From NCBI GenBank assembly GCA_036736085.1, contig DAINNB010000001.1:1-41420 (forward strand): a stretch of 41,420 nt of DNA, in the 5' to 3' direction. The notes beneath the pieces were generated by a model that was given only the letters and a program-made list of their open reading frames with translations, ran no database searches and was not told the origin of the DNA. Below are positions 36,588-41,420 of this stretch, piece by piece; the first letter of the stretch is position 1; every line of letters starts with the position of its first letter. Source of the stretch: Chlamydiales bacterium. GTDB lineage: Bacteria; Chlamydiota; Chlamydiia; Chlamydiales; SM23-39. Position numbers and translations under genes: made by a program.

Positions 36588-37358
36588 ATGTTTTACGAGC
36601 ATTTCATTGCTATTAATTATTCTAGTGAGAATTTTGAAAATAAAATAAATTCTGAAAAATAAAGTTTTTCTTCCGATCAAGAAAGCAGAGTGAGTTCTGC
36701 TTTTTCTAATGCAGATATATTAGAGGCTCAAGATCCAAGTAAACGTAAACGAGAAGAGCCTATTTCTCCAGTTGTTGCATCCTAGAGTAAAAGACAAAAA
36801 ATAGATTCTTCTCCTTTAGAGAAAACGAATGAGGTAGCTCAAGCCTATTTTTCAGCATCTTCCTCTTCTGAAGGTTCGTCGCAAAAAAAAGATGAGCTAA
36901 TTGGCTCCTTGTAAAATATTCATTGGAAGTTTGACGCAAGAGATTCAACCTTAAGCGTTATTCGTTTTTATGAAAGAAGTTTTGAATCAAATTATCGTTA
37001 TGGTACTGGTAAAATGATCTTTCTAGCCGGGACCGTATATGAAGGACGATTCAGTGAAGGAGTTGATCGCGGCCTTGGTAGGTTGACTAGCGCCAACGGG
37101 GATGTTTATGAAGGGGAGTTTATACCGTTCGTAACTTAAGAATCGGCTATTAGGCTGGTTCAAACCGCCAAAAATTGATCGCTGCAAAGTGGGGTAGTAT
37201 CGCTCGATACAACCTACTTTGCAGTGATCGATTTTTGGCAGCTTTCAATCCCGTCTAATAACCGATTCTTGATTCACGAACGGTATAAAAACGGATTGCC
37301 TTATTATGCAAATGAGGATGACTTTTTAAACATACCAAAATACTCGCCAGCCGCATAA
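36588..37358 (+). pseudogene. decayed MORN-repeat protein gene (three in-frame stops plus MITE insertion)
   Basis: A single frame from ATG 36588 is interrupted by TAA 36660, TAG 36783 and TAA 36912. The distal part reads YRYGTGKMIFLAGTVYEGRFSEGVDRGLGRLTSANGDVYEGEF / KNGLPYY, which is the MORN pattern Y.G.f..G...G.G. Confidence 0.6.
37123..37285. mobile_element. 163-bp palindromic MITE with TA target-site duplication (Tc1/mariner-IS630-type signature)
   Basis: The termini TACCGTTCGT...ACGAACGGTA are perfect inverted repeats, and the whole element is an imperfect palindrome. It is flanked by TA (37121-22) and TA (37286-87). It is unrelated to the AAGGGC repeat family. Confidence 0.75.
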
Positions 37359-37400
37359 TTTACTTAAATAAAGTACCTTTAATGGCGCTTGATATAATAA

Positions 37401-37442
37401 AAAATAATTAAAAAAGGTTTCCAAAGGACGATAGTCTTTTGG
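37401..37442 (-). terminator. putative rho-independent terminator (second copy of the repeated 3'-end module)
   Basis: On the minus strand: ccaaaagac-tatc-gtcctttgg, followed by aaaccttttttaatt. It lies downstream of the GT11 stop at 37497 and is homologous to 943-985. Confidence 0.45.
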
Positions 37443-37496
37443 TTGGTTCTTAAGGGCGAAGCTCTTAAAAAAGAGCTGTTAACTTCACAGGCACTC

Positions 37497-38372
37497 TTAA
37501 TCGTTATTATCGATACACTGTGAGACTTTGTCGTAATCGTAGACGTCATCTGGCAACGGTTGAATGGGTCCGCAGTCCATTAACGTCCACTCGGGCAGGA
37601 AGAAATCTTCTGCTCGGGGGTTGATTTGCAGAGCGGGGTTTTTCCAAAGCCGTGGGAGGAGCACTTTTTTATCTGGATTTTGATTGAAATAAGCGGCCCA
37701 CCAAGAAAAAGAAGAGTTGCAGAGGATATTGTGTTTGCATTTTGCAAGTAAAAATAGATCTTCTATGGCGTAGTTATCCTCTACGAAAATGAAATTTCTA
37801 GGGATAGAAGAGAAGTGTTTTTTACACCAGTTGATTCGGTCTGAAGTAATGACAAATAGAGAGTCTTCAGGGAACTGATCGATGCATCTTTGATAATAGT
37901 CCATGCCCCAGAAGGGGTGATTCCCATTGTTATGTGTTCTTCGGCATTGTGTTCTTACGTGAACGCCTACTGTTTTAGGATGTTCTAGAACGTCTTTATA
38001 TTTTACTTGTAAATAGTGAAGAGTGAAATCTGAAGGGGCGAATACTTGTAGGAGTTTTTCTTGGTGATGATGAAAACGTTTCCAAGACTGGAGATAGCCA
38101 TTGAGTACGAGGTCGTTTTGAAAAGGGATTTTTTCTGCACCGTACCAGCTTGATTCTTCAAAAATATGTGCAGGGGGCCTTGGAAGCATTGATGAGTTTA
38201 ATCTAAAAAACATCCGATCTTTGTTATAAGAGATATTCCAAGCTTTTTGATGCAGGGCTGGAAAGTAGGCGTCTGCACCATAGTCCCAAGCGTAAGCTAA
38301 GGTAGTGGCTATTTGGAAAAATTGATTTCCAAGCTGGCCGTAAATTTGGCAAGAGACAAAGGGCTTTTGCAC
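37497..38372 (-). CDS. family 11 glycosyltransferase (alpha-1,2-fucosyltransferase-like), paralogue 3
   Basis: GQLGNQFFQIATTLAYAWDY, HVRTQC and NSSFSWWAAYFN. GTG start. Confidence 0.85.
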   Translation of the reverse strand: MQKPFVSCQIYGQLGNQFFQIATTLAYAWDYGADAYFPALHQKAWNISYNKDRMFFRLNSSMLPRPPAHIFEESSWYGAEKIPFQNDLVLNGYLQSWKRFHHHQEKLLQVFAPSDFTLHYLQVKYKDVLEHPKTVGVHVRTQCRRTHNNGNHPFWGMDYYQRCIDQFPEDSLFVITSDRINWCKKHFSSIPRNFIFVEDNYAIEDLFLLAKCKHNILCNSSFSWWAAYFNQNPDKKVLLPRLWKNPALQINPRAEDFFLPEWTLMDCGPIQPLPDDVYDYDKVSQCIDNND

Positions 38373-38376
38373 GCAG

Positions 38377-39057
38377 TTACACCGAATATAAGGGTTTTAA
38401 TACGATGACGGGTTCATGGAGTTCTTCATCATCCTTTTGGAGATCTTCATAAGAGTAGCCAAAGTAGCCTTGAGGCCGCCATCCTTTGAAGAGCTTTTTC
38501 ATCCGTTTTTCTCCATAGATTCTGTGCGAATTCCATATAAGTCGATCTTTGCCGACAGGAATTGATAGATAAAGAAGTCCAGAACCGTGAAGCAATTTTT
38601 TAGCTTCGTGCATAGCTTTTAGATCTGCATCGAGATCGATCGTTGACCCAAATCCGAGTGTTTTGAGTTGAAGTAAGAGAAAAATTGCATCAAAAGAGCG
38701 GGGTTTAGGTTCTTTTTCTACTTCTAAACAAGAATCCAAGGAGACATTAGACTGAGAAGGGATCGTTTTAGGTTGTATTCCCAAAGAGAGCAAAAGGCTT
38801 TCATACCAAGGATTTGTCGAAAATAAGACCCCTACATTTTTGCCTGCTGCTGGAAAAGTATTTAAAGCCTCGATAAGATAAATGTCAGTTTGAGATAGAA
38901 CAGTTCTATTCTTAATCATTGCTAGATAGGATTCTACTTGGCTTTTTGTAAAATGGGCTATTAACGGAGATTTAGGTTGATTTGTATAAGACAAAATTGT
39001 CTCTTCTTGTTGAAGTGTCTGATAAATTTCTTGAGGGATGTCTGGCTGATTGATCAT
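38377..39057 (-). CDS. DUF268-like protein (SAM-methyltransferase-like fold family best known from Caenorhabditis)
   Basis: ...NPWYESLLL...FDAIFLL...LLHGSGLLYLSIPVGKDRLIWNSHRIYGEKRMKKLFKGW resembles the DUF268 signature ending in FNAHRIYG..R. Recognised from memory and not searched. Confidence 0.5.
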   Translation of the reverse strand: MINQPDIPQEIYQTLQQEETILSYTNQPKSPLIAHFTKSQVESYLAMIKNRTVLSQTDIYLIEALNTFPAAGKNVGVLFSTNPWYESLLLSLGIQPKTIPSQSNVSLDSCLEVEKEPKPRSFDAIFLLLQLKTLGFGSTIDLDADLKAMHEAKKLLHGSGLLYLSIPVGKDRLIWNSHRIYGEKRMKKLFKGWRPQGYFGYSYEDLQKDDEELHEPVIVLKPLYSV

Positions 39058-39575
39058 GAGGGAACTACTGCTAATAACATATCATCCGGATTTTTCCTGC
39101 TATAAAGACTGATTTTATAGTTAGGATTGATCTCTAGGATTTTTTTCTTAATATCATCGATTTCTATGAAATCAAATTCTGCTGTTCCAAAAAGTTTTGC
39201 ATCATCGATCATGATCGTATGATTTTTAATAAAATGCTCTTTGATCCGATCTAATTCATGCAAAATAGGATTGTGAGTGAGTCCTTTGGCTGTATTTTCT
39301 GAAGAGTAGTGGCTATCTAGCCAAAACGTAGCAGGGGCTTCAATATGTGCAAGAAGCTCAGACAGAAGAACGCTAGAATCCCCCAAAAAGAGTTCTACCT
39401 GAGGATAATCAGCAAATTCTTTTCGGCAGTGTTCATAGAGCTCTGGAGCCATCTCTATGGAATAGATCTTTTCAAAAAGCCCTGAATGAAGGGCTCTTTT
39501 GATTCCATATCCGTAGTAGCTTCCCGTTTCTATGAAATATTTATTGGGACAATGAGGGTATGGATAAAATTGCAT
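39054..39575 (-). CDS. putative class I SAM-dependent methyltransferase-like protein
   Basis: YFIETGSYYGYGIKRAL...IYSIEMAPELY...LGDS resembles a glycine-rich SAM motif followed by an acidic beta-2 end. Its start overlaps the stop of the downstream gene. Confidence 0.45.
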   Translation of the reverse strand: MQFYPYPHCPNKYFIETGSYYGYGIKRALHSGLFEKIYSIEMAPELYEHCRKEFADYPQVELFLGDSSVLLSELLAHIEAPATFWLDSHYSSENTAKGLTHNPILHELDRIKEHFIKNHTIMIDDAKLFGTAEFDFIEIDDIKKKILEINPNYKISLYSRKNPDDMLLAVVPS

Positions 39576-39576
39576 C

Positions 39577-39711
39577 TTATTCCGTTTCTTCTACTGAAGA
39601 AATAATCTTATTAACTAAATGTAGTCCTTGAATGCCTTGTACTTTCAAAAAAACATCGCATAAAAGAGCCATAGACTTATCGATTTCTGTGTCGATTTCT
39701 AAATATTTCAT
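39577..39711 (-). CDS. small hypothetical protein, 44 aa (paralogue B)
   Basis: Hand translation: MKYLEIDTEIDKSMALLCDVFLKVQGIQGLHLVNKIISSVEETE. Its stop is 1 nt from the next gene's start. It is below the ORF-track cut-off. Confidence 0.5.
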   Translation of the reverse strand: MKYLEIDTEIDKSMALLCDVFLKVQGIQGLHLVNKIISSVEETE

Positions 39712-39733
39712 AACTAGTACCTCTATTGATAAC

Positions 39734-39768
39734 TCGTGGCGTTAGATCAAACGATTATAACGCCACGA
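39734..39768. other. perfect 11-bp inverted repeat (TCGTGGCGTTA / TAACGCCACGA) with 13-nt loop between the two small ORFs
   Basis: Read directly from the sequence. No U-tract follows on the minus (coding) strand, so it is an intercistronic hairpin rather than a classical terminator. Confidence 0.6.
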
Positions 39769-39785
39769 AATATTATTTATTAATA

Positions 39786-39917
39786 TTATTCTTCTTTTAT
39801 AGCTGCAATAACTTGATTTACTAACTGCGCTACTTGAAGACCTTGCGATTTAAGAGCCACATCGAAGATTTCATAGATGATTTTTTCCATCTCTTTATTT
39901 ATTTTTAGTTTTTTCAT
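39786..39917 (-). CDS. small hypothetical protein, 43 aa (paralogue A)
   Basis: Hand translation: MKKLKINKEMEKIIYEIFDVALKSQGLQVAQLVNQVIAAIKEE. Its ATG is 2 nt after the GT10 stop. A gapless alignment with paralogue B shares 18 positions, including DV.LK.QG.Q...LVN..I. Confidence 0.5.
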   Translation of the reverse strand: MKKLKINKEMEKIIYEIFDVALKSQGLQVAQLVNQVIAAIKEE

Positions 39918-39919
39918 TT

Positions 39920-40891
39920 TTAAATACCTAGTTTTTTCACTTGATCAATAATTGTATTTACCATGTTTTCTAAAGAGAATAACTTTATTTTTTGATTGTT
40001 GGTTAGATAATTTTGTCCTGCGGAGATGTAATTTTGATAGGTAGATTTATCCATGGATGTCATAAAATCCCAAATCCTTTTCTGGGCAGCTTCTCCTTGA
40101 CCGCCAAAGTCTCTAGCGTCAATAAAACAGTCTTTTGGGACGTAATCGTGGATATTGGGAGCTCCTAAATAAACAGGAACATTTCTAGCAAATAGAGAAT
40201 TGAAAATTCTTTCAGTGATAAATCCAAGCTCATCTCCTGTATTTTCATAGCAAATAGCAAATTTGTATTGTCCAAGCAGAGCTTTATTGGTTTTAGTCAT
40301 CCCTTTCCAGCTTTTTAATCCTTGCCAATTGACTCCATAGACATCGAATTCTTTTGAAAATGAAGAGAGCTGAGTAAAAAATTCTGCTAAATTTTTTCTC
40401 TCTGTATACAATTCTCCAGGGAAATGGCGGAAAAATTTGTTTCCTTGAACCATGCAGCAGAGTTTTCTTTTTTCAAAAGGAACTTCTTGTTCTTGAGATA
40501 TTGGATTTTTTTGAGTAATTAAATGATAGATTTTAAAATAGTTCTGATTGTCTACGAATCTATCTAAAAGCAAAAATATTTTGCCAAACCTTGATCTAGT
40601 AACTGGAGAATAAAAGCTCGGCATAACCAAAGGAGGCTCTGTTGCGATGAGAAAGCAGCGCTCTCTTGGATATTGAGCTAGCTGCTGAATTCTTGTTTCA
40701 TCTAAATCTGCAGAGATGAGAACAGAAAAATCGCCTAAATGACCAGCATCATTGCTATTTCTTACGGTGTATCCAAGACTTTGCAAAGCTTGCTTTAAAG
40801 CTGTCCCTAAACCTTCGTGCGGAGAGGGAACTAAATTCCCTATTTGTTCTTCTAAATTAAGAAGCCAAGCAACTTTAGAATTTATGGTCAT
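39920..40891 (-). CDS. family 10 glycosyltransferase (fucosyltransferase-like), paralogue 4
   Basis: RKLCCMVQGN...FDVYGVNW...YKFAICYENTGDELGFITERIFNSLFARNVPVYLGAPN. Confidence 0.85.
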   Translation of the reverse strand: MTINSKVAWLLNLEEQIGNLVPSPHEGLGTALKQALQSLGYTVRNSNDAGHLGDFSVLISADLDETRIQQLAQYPRERCFLIATEPPLVMPSFYSPVTRSRFGKIFLLLDRFVDNQNYFKIYHLITQKNPISQEQEVPFEKRKLCCMVQGNKFFRHFPGELYTERKNLAEFFTQLSSFSKEFDVYGVNWQGLKSWKGMTKTNKALLGQYKFAICYENTGDELGFITERIFNSLFARNVPVYLGAPNIHDYVPKDCFIDARDFGGQGEAAQKRIWDFMTSMDKSTYQNYISAGQNYLTNNQKIKLFSLENMVNTIIDQVKKLGI

Positions 40892-41017
40892 TGTTTTTTT
40901 TGAAATTATTAATTCTAATTATAATTGTTTGTTTTTCTTTAGTCAAACACTTCGTTTGATAGTTAATAGATTGCGTTAATTTTTTTGTTTTAATTTTTAT
41001 TTGCCTTCGTTTCCTTC

Positions 41018-41314
41018 TTAATAATTCTTTTGTAAAGTCGTATTAATTAATAAATTGTTTGTTTTTTGATAGAAAGTGATTTGACTGTTCATAAACCAAT
41101 GGTGATCTACTATTTTAGCTCCTTCTGGACTTCCTAATTGAAGAGGCTCGAAATAATATTTCCACCAATTTTGACCATATCTTGGATCGTAGTAATTTCC
41201 TGTGTTCTTATGATCTACTTCGATACCCGAGCAGATTCGAAATTCATAAAAATAAAGCCCTGGAAGAACTGCGCAAACATCAGCACCTAGGCTGAGCCCT
41301 TTGCTTGATCTTTT
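41018..41314 (-). pseudogene. 5' remnant of a second NodZ/GT23-like gene (paralogue of 20742-21683)
   Basis: The minus-strand frame reads KGLSLGADVCAVLPGLYFYEFRICSGIEVDHKNTGNYYDPRYGQNWWKYYFEPLQLGSPEGAKIVDHHWF, colinear with residues ~17-93 of the full-length paralogue. It has no start codon (in-frame stop at 41315-17) and diverges to a stop at 41018. Confidence 0.65.
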
Positions 41315-41420
41315 TTACGTATATTTTATTGTTGTTAATATAAACCTCATGTTTTTATTATGGTTTATTTGATTTTATGTGAAAAAAAACATTAAAAATA
41401 AACATTGGAATTAAATGTTG

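Noticed and set aside
1-41420. Search for tRNA, rRNA, tmRNA or riboswitch-like structures in the intergenic regions (900-1383, 3369-3499, 16168-16238, 23296-23422, 36442-36587, 40892-41017, 41315-41420).
   Set aside because: These regions are AT-rich, promoter-like spacers or repeats. I could not fold any cloverleaf or recognise a conserved RNA motif by eye.

Overview
This is a bacterial window of moderate to low GC, judged by eye. Almost all of it, about 1.8-41.3 kb, is one very large glycan-biosynthesis and decoration island.

The transferase and modification genes I can support are:
- four GT10-type (alpha-1,3/4-fucosyltransferase-like) paralogues
- three GT11-type (alpha-1,2-fucosyltransferase-like) paralogues
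- two GT25 paralogues
- one NodZ/GT23-like candidate plus a decayed second copy
- one GT2+TPR protein and one DXD-type GT-A candidate
- about eight methyltransferase-like genes: two sugar C-methyltransferases, FkbM-type, class I and DUF268-like
- one DegT-type aminotransferase and one NeuD/PglD-type acetyltransferase

The nucleotide-sugar supply genes are:
- manC and gmd
- two GDP-mannose-3,5-epimerase-like genes
- three UDP-Glc/GDP-Man-dehydrogenase-family genes
- several extended-SDR epimerase/reductases
- a complete GDP-D-glycero-D-manno-heptose pathway (gmhA, gmhB, hddA, hddC)

Genes sit in tightly packed, often overlapping operons that switch strand at about 15.15, 17.97, 23.35, 25.1, 29.1 and 36.5-37.4 kb. 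Among ORFs of 60 aa or more I see no Wzx/Wzy/Wzz, no ABC exporter and no initiating phosphoglycosyl transferase. The only clear integral-membrane protein is a compositionally aberrant EamA/DMT transporter.

The island is punctuated by several repeat types:
- a family of long palindromic, MITE-like repeats; two ~305-bp copies in inverted orientation exactly frame a GT25-GT11 cassette, and a ~128-bp short form sits between convergent genes
- a second, unrelated 163-bp MITE with a TA target duplication, inserted in frame into a decayed MORN-repeat gene
- small AAGGGC-N3-GCCCTT hairpins at several gene ends
- a repeated 3'-end terminator module

There is also evidence of gene decay: a frameshifted FkbM gene, a nonsense-truncated GT10, and a NodZ-like remnant.

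The left edge carries a hypothetical gene open to the window boundary and three paralogous ribbon-helix-helix proteins. No rRNA, tRNA or CRISPR array was seen.

Gene content (MORN, DUF268, GT10/GT11/GT25 expansion) suggests a host- or amoeba-associated bacterium, possibly Chlamydiae-like. That attribution is an unverified impression, and all homology calls come from motif recognition by eye, not database searches.
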